Below are positions 47,317 to 57,165 of a stretch of 64,000 bases of DNA, piece after piece (the first letter of the stretch is position 1; each line of letters starts with the position of its first letter). Origin of the DNA: Blastocladiella emersonii ATCC 22665 (lineage: Eukaryota > Fungi > Blastocladiomycota); assembly GCA_025594325.1 (NCBI GenBank), contig JANHCV010000003.1:1054001-1118000 (forward strand). Reading direction: 5' to 3'. Under the pieces are notes generated by a model. The model saw only the letters and a list, made by a program, of their open reading frames with translations, was not told where the DNA came from and searched no databases. The position numbers and the translations under genes are program-made.

Positions 47317-49043
47317 TCAAATCAGCAGCACGGGCGCCATGTACCCCTCCTCGGGCTCGAGCTCGTGGTCGGGCACCTCGTCCTGCTCGTACCCAGCCCC
47401 AATGACCGGGTCGTCGCCGCGCAACCGACTGATCCGCCGCTCGTTCTCCTCGACACTCTCCTCCTCAAAGTACCCCACATGGTCCTCCTCGCTCCCGCCC
47501 ATCTCGCGCATCCGCTCCTTGCGCGCGTGGTACCCAGCGAGCGCGTGATCGACGACCGCCTTCTCGAGCCCGCGCCGCACGTGCATCGCCCGCACGTCGT
47601 CGGCCCCGTACTCGACCAGCGCCTCGCGCAGCCCGCGCTCCTCGTCGTCCGCGTACTCCTTGGGGACGACGACCAGCCCGTCGCGCGTCAACAGCACGAT
47701 CCGCAGCTGGCGCTTGCCCTGCGGGTCGTCGGTCCGCAGACCCTTGAGCAGCGACTGCGCCTGCGCGCGCGCCGACGCCTCGGACTGGCGCGCGATCGCG
47801 GCGGCGGTGTCGGCGTCGGCGCGCGGGGCGTCGAGACCGGTGTTGGCGGTGGGAGTGCCGTCGATGGCGGCGGTGCCGGCGGGCCGCGCGCCCACGTCGT
47901 ACGCCTTGACCAGCGTGTCGAGGATGTCGGTGAGCGTCGACGACAGGCCGAGCGACTTGGAGTCGCGCGCCTCGCGCAGCACGTCGGCGAGGGACATGTC
48001 TTCGGTCATGCGCTTCAGCGAGGCCGCGGGCGGTGCGGGCGGGTCGAACGCCGAGACGAACGCGGGCGGGTGCATGAGCACGGCGAGCGCGTCCTCGGCC
48101 GCACTGCCCTCGTGCGCGGCCACCGGGAGCACGTGGCACGGCACCGGGGTCGCAGCGCGGCCGGCGGCGTTGTCGTCAAAGACGCCCGTGCACATGAGCG
48201 GCGTGTACAGCGACAGGAGGTAGTTGCACACGGACGTCTCGTGGACCTGCGACATGCGCGTGACGCCGTCGGCGCTGCAGTGGTACCGGACCTCGATCGT
48301 CCGCGGCTTGCCCGTCAGGTCGCACACGGTCCCGCCGCGGTACCGCGTCGCAAGGTATTTCCGCCCGCCCGCCGACTTGACCGCGTACGCGGCCGGGTCC
48401 GCGGGCTGGGCGGTGGTTGCGGAACGCGACGCGTCCTGCTTGCCCAGAACGTACACGAGCGGCGGCTCCTTGTCGCCCATGTCGTGCGACTGCGTCACCG
48501 ACAAATCGTGGCAGTACTCGTACCGCCACCACGCCTGTACGATCGACAGGCACGGGCCGTCCCGCAGCGTCTGCAGCTGCGCCAGCGCGTGCATGATCGA
48601 CTCGCGCTCGGCCGCTGCCGCCGCCTGCTGCTTAGACGCGGCAGCGGTGCCCGTGGCGCGCGGCGCGACTGCAGCAGAAGTCCCGGTGGCGGCGGGAGCG
48701 CGCGAGATTTGCGGGCAGTAGATCTGCACGCCGTTGGGCGCGCGGTGGACGTCGAGCGGCGAGGCGTTTACGAGTTTCTACTCGTGGTTGTGAGGGAGAC
48801 TGGTCAACCGTGGCGATACTTGATGCGGTGCGGGTGCGAGCGTACCTCGCGCGGGACGGGATCGGTGGTCCACTTGATCTCGTACGACGGCGACGCAAAG
48901 AAGTCGTCGAGCGGCGATGCATCGTCGGGCAGGCCAGCGGGGTCTGCCGCCGCCGCCGCCGTGGTGACGACGAGCGTCAGGGCGGCGAGGCACGCGAGCG
49001 TGGCCAGCACGCGGCGTGGACTTGGCAGCGTGACGGTGTTCAT
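47317..49043 (-). CDS. YOS9: OS-9/Yos9-like ER lectin (MRH domain)
   Basis: Signal peptide; CL..QAWWRYEYCH; YRGGTVCDLTGKPRTIEVRYHC; ETSVCNYLLSLYTPLMC. Introns near the 5' end. Confidence 0.8.
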
Positions 49044-49320
49044 GGTTGCAGCAGGTTAGTGCCCGCTCAGGCGAGATTCATGGGTTCCGTTGAGGGAGGT
49101 GAGGGAGAACGAGCGCTGCTTGAGAGGCGGCGACAAGATCGGCGACGCCACGTCAGCCGGGCCGGCCGATGGGCGTGACGGGTCGACGCGATGCTCTTGT
49201 CAAACGTGTCTCGCACCTGATGTGTCGCGCCCTCGGTAAGCGAAGCAAGAGCGGCTCACGATCAAGACTGCTCTCGATGATAGATCGAGCAATGAATCAT
49301 GGGAGCCCGAGCACGACAAC

Positions 49321-50245
49321 ATGCAGCAACTGGATGACACCGCCACCATGACCGCACCAACGAGCGAGGAGCCGATACCCGCGGGCGAGGTTCCTGCTGA
49401 GCCGCCGGTCGCTCTGTTAGCTGATGCAGCACCAGTGACAGCCGCCGAGGTGCCCAAGAAGCGCAAGAAGCGCAAGACCGCGGCGCCGGCGGCCAAGGCC
49501 GCGCGGCCGTCGGACGTCGCAAAGGCGCGCAAGAAGAAGGTCACCGACTCGGCCACCGATGTGACGGCACCGTCCAACGGCGGATCAAAGTATGTTTGTG
49601 AGTGTACCGTGCCTAGGGGTCGACTGCTCACTCGCTGGACGTCGTAGAGCGGCCAAGGACCCTGCGAAGCGCAAGGTCAAGAAGAAGAAGAGCGGCGAGC
49701 TCGGCGCCACGAGCCGGTCCGCGTCCACGGCCTCGCTGTCGACGCCCAAGGAGCCCAAGAAACCCAAGGCGCCACTGTCCAAGTCCGCCCCGCCACCGAC
49801 GGCCAGCCAGCGCAAGCCGAGCAAGACGTCGCTCGCGAGCGCAACTCCCGCCGCCCTCCCGATCGCCACGGTCGCGGCGCTCGAGCGGTTCATGCGGCTG
49901 CGCACGCACGCTCGGGCGCTCAACGCGCTGCTGGCCGAGGACGAGCGCGCCGCGTTCCTGGCCGCGACTCGGGGCGCGCGCGGATCCGCCAGCGGCAGCA
50001 CTGAGTCCCTCGCGGCGGCACGCAGCACGACGTCGCTCCCCGCGTGTGCGTCGTCGTCGAGCAGCGTCTCGCTCCGCGGCAGTGGATCGGCGACCGCAAG
50101 GGCAGCCGAGAGTAGCGGTAGCAGCGGCGGGAGCAGCGCGACCATGACGCCGATCCTGGTGCTGTCGCTGAGCGGGTCAGGCAACGACATGTTCCCGTCC
50201 ATCTCGCAGACGAACCTGTTCAACGTGTTGTACTCGGGTGTTTGA
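49321..50245 (+). CDS. Hypothetical Lys-rich (probably nuclear) protein
   Basis: Two ORFs joined by a GTATGT..TAG intron (~49591-49647). NLS-like KKRKKRK. Confidence 0.55.
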
Positions 50246-50952
50246 TTGGGAGACAATAGAGCGCGTTCATTCACCGTGTGCGTCGTGTCCGCCCTCGCCA
50301 GTGGGAGAGGTGCGAGCGGGGAGACATGGGAGAGAGGGAGACATGCGCAGTCCTGCCGTGCGGTTCAGCTTGGCGGCGCCACACGGATGGCCCACGCGCC
50401 GACGGTCCGTGGCCCGTGGCGACGCCGCCGCCGCCGCAGCCTCCTCCCGACCGCCCTCGCCGCCTTCGAGCTCATCGGGCTCCTGCTCCGGCGCACCGCC
50501 GCCGTAACGCACCGGCAACCCACCCCACACCTTGCAACGGACCGACCTGCGTGCCGCGGAACCTGCCGCCTCGAGCCCCGGATCCCGCCCCCGCCCAACC
50601 CGGCCGCCCGCGCGCGCTGCTACGCCACCGCCGCCGCTGCTCTTCTCGCTCTCGACTTCGACTACGACTGCAACTTAGCGCATCCCCTATCTCCTCCGCC
50701 CGCCGGCCGTGCCCACCGGAAGCGCCCCTCCATCATCCAGGCGCAGCGCGCCCGCGTCTCCTGCCCGCCCGCTTCCTGATCGGACCGGCTCGATCTCCCC
50801 GCCGCCGCGAAACGTCCCCCGCCGCCCTGAGACACATACTCCACCTGCCCTCTCGAGTGTATGTCTCGCTCATATCGTCTCCCACTCCGTGATACCTCGC
50901 TTACCACTCCTCGAACGTACTGTAGAATCCGCGGAACGCCGCGGCCGCCGTC

Positions 50953-53900
50953 ATGTCCAGCCAGTACTACCATCCGGCTCCTCCGCCACCACCTTCATCT
51001 CGCGGCATGCCGGCCCCGGCGCCGCCCATGTCACAGCCTCCCATGTCCCAGCAGCCGCAACCGCCACCCATGTCGCAGCAGCAGCAGCAGCAGCAGCAGC
51101 AGCCACCACCAGGGCCGCCCATGGCCGGCTACCCTGGCCCGCCTCCGCCGCCACCGCCAGCGGCCAAGCACGGCCGCCATACGCCGCCGTCGTACCCGCC
51201 GCAGTCCAACGGCGGCCCTCCTCCGCCCGCGCATGACGGCTCCGACGCGTCGTCCGCCCACCAGCGCCAGCCTTCCGGCGTATCGGCGCTCCAGCACCCC
51301 GCTGCCAGCGGCGTGCCGAACGTCACCTGGCGTGGGCCCATCGCGTCGCCGCCACCATCGAGCCAGCACCCGCAGCAGCTGATCCAGCAGCAGCGGTCGG
51401 TGCAGCAGGCGCCCCCACCACCACCACCGCCGCCGGCGTCCCAACCTCCGCAGCAGCAGCAACTGCCCGTCGTCGCGACCACCTCGTCGGGCGACCCGAT
51501 CCCGCCCGTGCAGACGGGCCGCGTCGGCGACTACGCCTTCAACGGCGAGCGGTACCCGCTGCACATTGCCTTCTTCGACCTGCGCGGCGTGTGGTTCCTC
51601 AACGCCCGCGACGTCGCCCGCCTCTTTGTCGGCGTCGAGACCCTCAACCCCATGGTCCTCGAGGACGAGCGCGTCCGCGAGCACATCATCCCCGACCCCA
51701 TCTCCGGCGCCCCCTGCATCGAGTGCCGCATGCTGTGCGAGCTCGCCTGCGCGTGGCAGATGGCCGCCATGGAGGAGCTCACGCGGTTTTCGCCCAAGGA
51801 TATCCTTGACGCCGCGTGGCACGGACAGCCCGCCCGTGTCGCGAGTCTCCTCGGGTCGCTCAAGGTCACGCTCGCCTCCGCATCGGCGCCGCCGCACGCG
51901 CTCGCCAACCTCGCTAGCGCTGCCGCTGGTGCTGGTGGGGTCGTGAGTCCCGGCGGCAACGGCGCCGCGCTGAGCCCGAACGCGTTGGCGCCGCCGCCCA
52001 CCGCGTCGCAGCAGCACGATCCCGCCGCCGCGGTCGCGAACGGCAAGCTGGTGGCCGGCCCGCACCCTCCACCACCGCCCGCCTCGCAGCAGCAGCTGCC
52101 CGTACCCGCACCGCCCGCCAACCCGGGCAACGGCGCGTGGCCGAACGGCCGCATGCAGGCCCCGCTCACGTCGCCGCCGCTCCCGCCCGCGCCATCGCAG
52201 CAGCAGCAGCTGAACGGCGCCGTGATGCAGCAGCAGCAGCTACACTACGCCCAGCAGCAGCAGCAGCAGCAGCATCAACGGGCTGGCCCGCCTCACCTCC
52301 AGCAGCAGCAGCAGCAGCAGATCGCCCAGCCGCCGCTCCCGCCGCCTGCCACGCGCAACGGCTCGCTCCCGCACCACCCGACCAACGACACCCAGGTGCA
52401 CCCCGCTTACGCGAATGGCGCGCCCGCGAAGCAGCAGCAGCCGCCGCCGCCACCCCCGTCGCAGCAGCAGCAGCGGTCCGGCGCGCCGTCGCTTCCGCCA
52501 CCGGCGCCGCGCCACCCTGGTCCGCCTCCGCAGCAGCAGCACCGTTTCGACGGCGCGCCGCCCGCCGATCCCGGCCCGCGGTACCCGCTCCAGTACCCCG
52601 CCATGATGAACGGTGCGCCGCAGGACGGCGGCGCCGTCGCCATGAGCCAGCAGCAGCAGCAACACGCCGTCGAGTCGCCGCGCAACGCAGCTTTTGCGAG
52701 CGGCGCGCCGTCGTCGGCCGCGTCGTCGGCTCGGCCCTCGCCCCAGTTCAACGGGGCCCCGCATCTCGACCAGCAGCAGCAGCAGCAGCAGCAGCTTGAG
52801 CACCAGCAGCTCCAGGCCGCTCGTCGCCCGCGCGGTTCGAGTCTCAGCGAGTACGTACTCTCACTCAAATCTCTCCCGATCACGTTGCTGCTTGCTCACC
52901 GCGTACTCGTCGCCCTTCGTAGCCCGCAGAACAACACGACCCGCAAGCGCGCGCGCATCGACAGCTCGCAGCATCTCGGCCCAACGCCAACCTCGTCGCT
53001 CCTCTCGCCGCTGTCGCAGCCCCCGACCAACATGGCGCCCCCGCCGCCGCCACCGCTCACACAGCAGCAGCAGCAGCAACACCGTCCGTCGTCGTCCTCG
53101 CCCATGCCGTCGCCGCCGATCGCCCACGGCGGTGCTCACGGCGCCGTTGCCCCAAGCCACGTCCACGACCGCATCCCCGCCGCGGCGCGCCGCCTCTCAG
53201 TCGGCCACGCCAGCATGTCCATGTCCGCCGAGCAGATGCGCGAGATCCAGCACCTCCGCGAGCAGCAGCAGAGCATCATCTCGGGCCGCCGCAGCAACGC
53301 GAACCTCCACCTGCAGCAGCAGCAGCAACAGCAGCAGTACTTTGAGTACCAGCAGCAACAACAACAGCAGCAGCAACAGCACGCGCTCCAGTACCACCAG
53401 CAGCCGCAGCAGACCGTCGCGCCACATGGCCCCGCCGATCCCGCACAGCAGCAGTCCCAGCAGTACTACCACCAGCAGCACCAGCAGCAGCAGCATCCGC
53501 ACTCGTCTTCGTCCAAGAACCTGCGCGGCCTCACCATCAAGGCGAGCCCCGTGCCCGTCATGCACGGGCCCGCGACCGCCGCGTTCCCCGCCGGCCACGC
53601 GTCATCGCTGCACGGCTCCACCATGATCGCCGCAGGTCCCGCGACCGCGCCGCTCGTCCCGTACACGCCCGGCGCGCCGAAAACCCCGCGCGCGCTGCCC
53701 AAGACCAAGGGCGCCCCGCGCATGGGCCGCGTTGGGCCTGAGGCGTCCGTGTACCGCCCAGGCGACCCCGGGACCGCGTCCAACCCGTACCTCGCCGCTG
53801 CCGCGCCGCTCGCTGCCGCGACGACGGGGTTGCACCAGGTCGCGGATGCGGCTGCCACTTCGCTTGGCACTGGTGCCATGGCGTCCGACCCAGCCGCTGC

Positions 53901-54483
53901 TGGTGCGCCCGCGACGGTGCCGCACGAGGCCATGGATGTGGACGCGGACGCAGAACCGACACCCGCGCCTGCACCTGCACACGCGCGGCTCGCGCTGGCG
54001 CTCAACTCGGTCATGGACGCGATCCTGCACTCAGTCAACGACGCGGTCGCCGCCGCGGTCCCCGCCTCGCTGCCCGGCGCCGCGGGCGGCAGCGGCATCA
54101 CCCAGGAGCAGCTCAGCGTCGCGCTCGCGCCCATCACCAACACGCTCGGCCAGATGCAGGTGCAGCTCGGCCAGATCCAGATGCGCCTGGACGCGGTAGA
54201 GCGGCTGGTTCACGCGCCGCCGCCGCCAGCTGCTACTACCAGAAGCAGCAGCAGCGCCAGCCCAGCTCGCCAACCACCGCCGCCTCCCGCTGCAGCATCA
54301 ACCTCGCCGCCAGCTGTCTCGCCTCGCCAGGCGCCAGCGCACAGCAGGTCGCCAGTCTCACCACGCGATCTGGCATCTGCGCCTGCAGCCCCATCACGCA
54401 TGGCGACGCCACCAGCAGCAGCGGCTCAGGATGGTGGTGTAGAGGGAGACGTGGGTGAAGAGCCAGAAGATGACGGTGCATAA
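50953..54483 (+). CDS. Gln/Pro-rich putative transcription regulator with a small Bro-N/KilA-N-like domain
   Basis: 1176-aa ORF with many polyQ tracts. Folded island YAFNGERYPLHIAFFDLRGVWFLNARDVARLF...CIECRMLCELA. A probable in-frame intron lies at ~52854-52922. Confidence 0.6.
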   Translation: MSSQYYHPAPPPPPSSRGMPAPAPPMSQPPMSQQPQPPPMSQQQQQQQQQPPPGPPMAGYPGPPPPPPPAAKHGRHTPPSYPPQSNGGPPPPAHDGSDASSAHQRQPSGVSALQHPAASGVPNVTWRGPIASPPPSSQHPQQLIQQQRSVQQAPPPPPPPPASQPPQQQQLPVVATTSSGDPIPPVQTGRVGDYAFNGERYPLHIAFFDLRGVWFLNARDVARLFVGVETLNPMVLEDERVREHIIPDPISGAPCIECRMLCELACAWQMAAMEELTRFSPKDILDAAWHGQPARVASLLGSLKVTLASASAPPHALANLASAAAGAGGVVSPGGNGAALSPNALAPPPTASQQHDPAAAVANGKLVAGPHPPPPPASQQQLPVPAPPANPGNGAWPNGRMQAPLTSPPLPPAPSQQQQLNGAVMQQQQLHYAQQQQQQQHQRAGPPHLQQQQQQQIAQPPLPPPATRNGSLPHHPTNDTQVHPAYANGAPAKQQQPPPPPPSQQQQRSGAPSLPPPAPRHPGPPPQQQHRFDGAPPADPGPRYPLQYPAMMNGAPQDGGAVAMSQQQQQHAVESPRNAAFASGAPSSAASSARPSPQFNGAPHLDQQQQQQQQLEHQQLQAARRPRGSSLSEYVLSLKSLPITLLLAHRVLVALRSPQNNTTRKRARIDSSQHLGPTPTSSLLSPLSQPPTNMAPPPPPPLTQQQQQQHRPSSSSPMPSPPIAHGGAHGAVAPSHVHDRIPAAARRLSVGHASMSMSAEQMREIQHLREQQQSIISGRRSNANLHLQQQQQQQQYFEYQQQQQQQQQQHALQYHQQPQQTVAPHGPADPAQQQSQQYYHQQHQQQQHPHSSSSKNLRGLTIKASPVPVMHGPATAAFPAGHASSLHGSTMIAAGPATAPLVPYTPGAPKTPRALPKTKGAPRMGRVGPEASVYRPGDPGTASNPYLAAAAPLAAATTGLHQVADAAATSLGTGAMASDPAAAGAPATVPHEAMDVDADAEPTPAPAPAHARLALALNSVMDAILHSVNDAVAAAVPASLPGAAGGSGITQEQLSVALAPITNTLGQMQVQLGQIQMRLDAVERLVHAPPPPAATTRSSSSASPARQPPPPPAAASTSPPAVSPRQAPAHSRSPVSPRDLASAPAAPSRMATPPAAAAQDGGVEGDVGEEPEDDGA

Positions 54484-54487
54484 TGGT

Positions 54488-57025
54488 TCAAATAGATGGC
54501 GTGGAAGCAAAAAAGCAATACCTGCGATCATGATTTTTCATGCGCCCCATCACGCGACATGACCAACGCGACCTACTGAGGGGTAGCGCACTTGCCTTTT
54601 TGGCTCTTGGCACTGAGAAACGTGCGCGGACCGCGTCGGCCTGGACCAGGTGGTAGTACTCGAACTTGGCAACGAGGCCCTTGCCGAGCGCCGCATCTGC
54701 GACGAACGCGAAATCCTTGGCGCGCGCGTGCGTGGCGAGGATGCGCAGCAGGGCGCCGGCCTGCAGGTACGTCCAGTCGAGCGAGCGGTCGGCGATGGCG
54801 GCGAGCTTGGCGCGCGCAAACTCGAGGGTCAGCGTGTGCGTGAGGTGGACGTGGCCGAGCATGGCAGTGCGCGCCATGTCGTTGGTCTCGGCGTCAATCA
54901 GGTCGAGCGCGAGCTGCACAAACGGCGTGTGGCGGTAGCCCTTGATGGCGCCGACAATCTCCTGGCGGACCCACGGCGACGGCTCGGCGAGCGCGACGGC
55001 GCGCACCTTGCGCAGCGTGGTCAGGTCCGCGTCCTTGAGCAGCGTGCGGAACGCGCGGATGCGCGTGGCGACGTCGGCCGAGTGCTTGGCGACGTTGAGC
55101 AGGATGGGCTGGCCCGGGTTGAACTGGCCGTCGAAGGCGAACAGCTGGAACCCGTTGGGGTCGATCTCGACGCGCGCAGGCTTGGTGCTGCTGGCGCCCG
55201 TGTGGACCGCGGCGATGGCCTTGGCGTTGTTGCCGTCAAACGAGGCGATGGCGCGGTGCACGGTGCCGTCCTCGGTCGTGAACTCGATGGGCACGTCCAT
55301 GGCGAACAGCGGGATGCCCTTGGCGGCGTCGGCCTGGGTCTGGACGAGCGTGACGTGCGCGACGTGCTTGTCGGCGTCGAACGCGTAGGTGGCCTTGAAC
55401 TTAGGGTAGCCCTTGGAGTAGAACCACTGGTCAAAGAAGCGCGTCAGGTTGAGCCCCGAGAACTCCTCCATGACCTTGCGGAAGTCGTCGGTCTCGACTG
55501 TCTTGCCCGAGTAGCGGTGCAGGTACGCAGACACGGCGGGCCAGAAGATGGCGTCGCCGAGGAGGCCGCGCAGCATGTGGATGCGCGCTGCGCCGCCGGG
55601 GTACAGGTGGCCGTCGAACATGGACCACGAGTGATCAAACCGGCGGCACACGATGGGCCGGAGGTAGCGCGCAGTCTCGGCAATGTACCGCTCCTGGCAC
55701 ATGAAGAGGTTGTAGCGGCTGTGGTCGCAGCCGAACGTGGCGGGCGGGTCGGTGCGGCCGGCGTAGTAGCCCTCGGCCTGGAACACGAGCGGGATGTAGG
55801 TCGCCCACGACTCCTTGAGCCACGCATGCTCGAAGTGGCGCATTACGGTCACGTCGCCAAACCAGGTGTGCACGGCCTCGTGGATGTCGGTGCCGTCAAT
55901 GGCAAACTTGCGGTCGCGCGCGTGGATCTTGTCGAGCGCAGCGATATCAGTCCACGTCACAAACGAGATGTTCTCCATGGCGCCGCCCGACTAGAAAATT
56001 CGTGGGAATGGTTCGTGGTGAGTGAAGGGGTTTGAGGTCTGGGGTGAGCGCTGTAGGTCGGCGGCCAAAGAACGCGTCTCAAGCAGCACTTGGCCACCCA
56101 GCAAAACACCCAGCAAAGAAACACGTACGTAGGGCGTGGCGACCTGGTAGTACTTGCCCCAGGGGAGCGGAAAGTCGAGCTTGGCCGAGAGCCACTCGAG
56201 GATCTCGGGGGTGCGGTCGAGGCCGCGGAACAGGTCGGCGGCGGGCATCTTCTGCGTGCCGTAGTACTTGATCGGGATGATGGCGCCGTTGGCGAGCTTG
56301 GCGGGGCGGTTGTCAATGGTGACAAAGTCGCCGGCGGCGACGCACAGGAGGTAGCTCGGGCACGGGAAGTCAAGCGCCCAGTTGACTGTCTTGCGGCCGT
56401 CGGCAACCGACTCGGACACGAGGTCGCCGTTGGCCACGGCGTGGTAGGCCTCGGGCACGGTGAGCGCGAAACTCAGGCGCGGGCGGACCGCGGGCAGGTC
56501 GACGCACGGCAGCCAGTAGCGGGCGCGCTCTGTCTCGTGGTCGGTGACGGCAAAGGTGCCGTGCGACGGGTCGCCGTGGCGCGGGCCGTTGAAGTGCATG
56601 CCGGCGACGGGGGTCTCAACGCGGTAGGTGACGGTGATCTTGCGCTCCTCGCCCTTGGCAGCAAACGGCGCGGTCCAGCGGACGTGGATCTCCTTGCCGT
56701 CGTAGTCGAAGCCGGCGACGCCCTCGCCGGTGACGCGCACGTTGTCAAAACCAACGGCGTGCAGCGTCAGGCGCGATGTGACGTCGGCAAGCGCGGCGGC
56801 GGGCACGACATTGCAGCAGACCGTGTGCGTGACGGCGCCATCGAGCGCGGCGTTGGCGAAATCAAAGTCAGCGGCGACATGCATGTGCACAGGCTCGAGG
56901 GCCATGTCAGGCGCGAAGCTCTTGACGGCATTGGCGGCGGCAAAGCCCTCAAGGTTGTTGGCCGTCTTGGCCGGGGCCGCGGCCATCTCGAGCGCGGCGG
57001 CGAGCGCGACTTCGGCGTCGGCCAT
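54488..57025 (-). pseudogene. Truncated inverted duplicate of the M1 aminopeptidase (may be expressed as an M1-only protein)
   Basis: Same peptide as the 18356 gene from MADAEV to HLVQADAVRA, with the intron retained. The parental ATG is mutated to ATA (57062-57064). It has a new 44-aa tail and no M3 module. Confidence 0.8.
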
Positions 57026-57125
57026 GCCGAGGATGGCATGTGTCTTGGGACAGCAAATGGGTATGGTTGCAGCTGTGGTTGATGTGTAGGTCAGTGCGTT
57101 GGAAAGATTTGAAGCCTGCTTCAAG
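54627..57125 (-). repeat. ~2.5-kb inverted repeat of 18301-20793
   Basis: Direct comparison of DNA and of translations in several frames. I found only two substitutions in the core; the outer ~100 bp at the 5' end are diverged. Confidence 0.95.
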
Positions 57126-57165
57126 GGAAAGAAAGAGCAAGGGTCAGAAGGTGGGTATATTGAAA

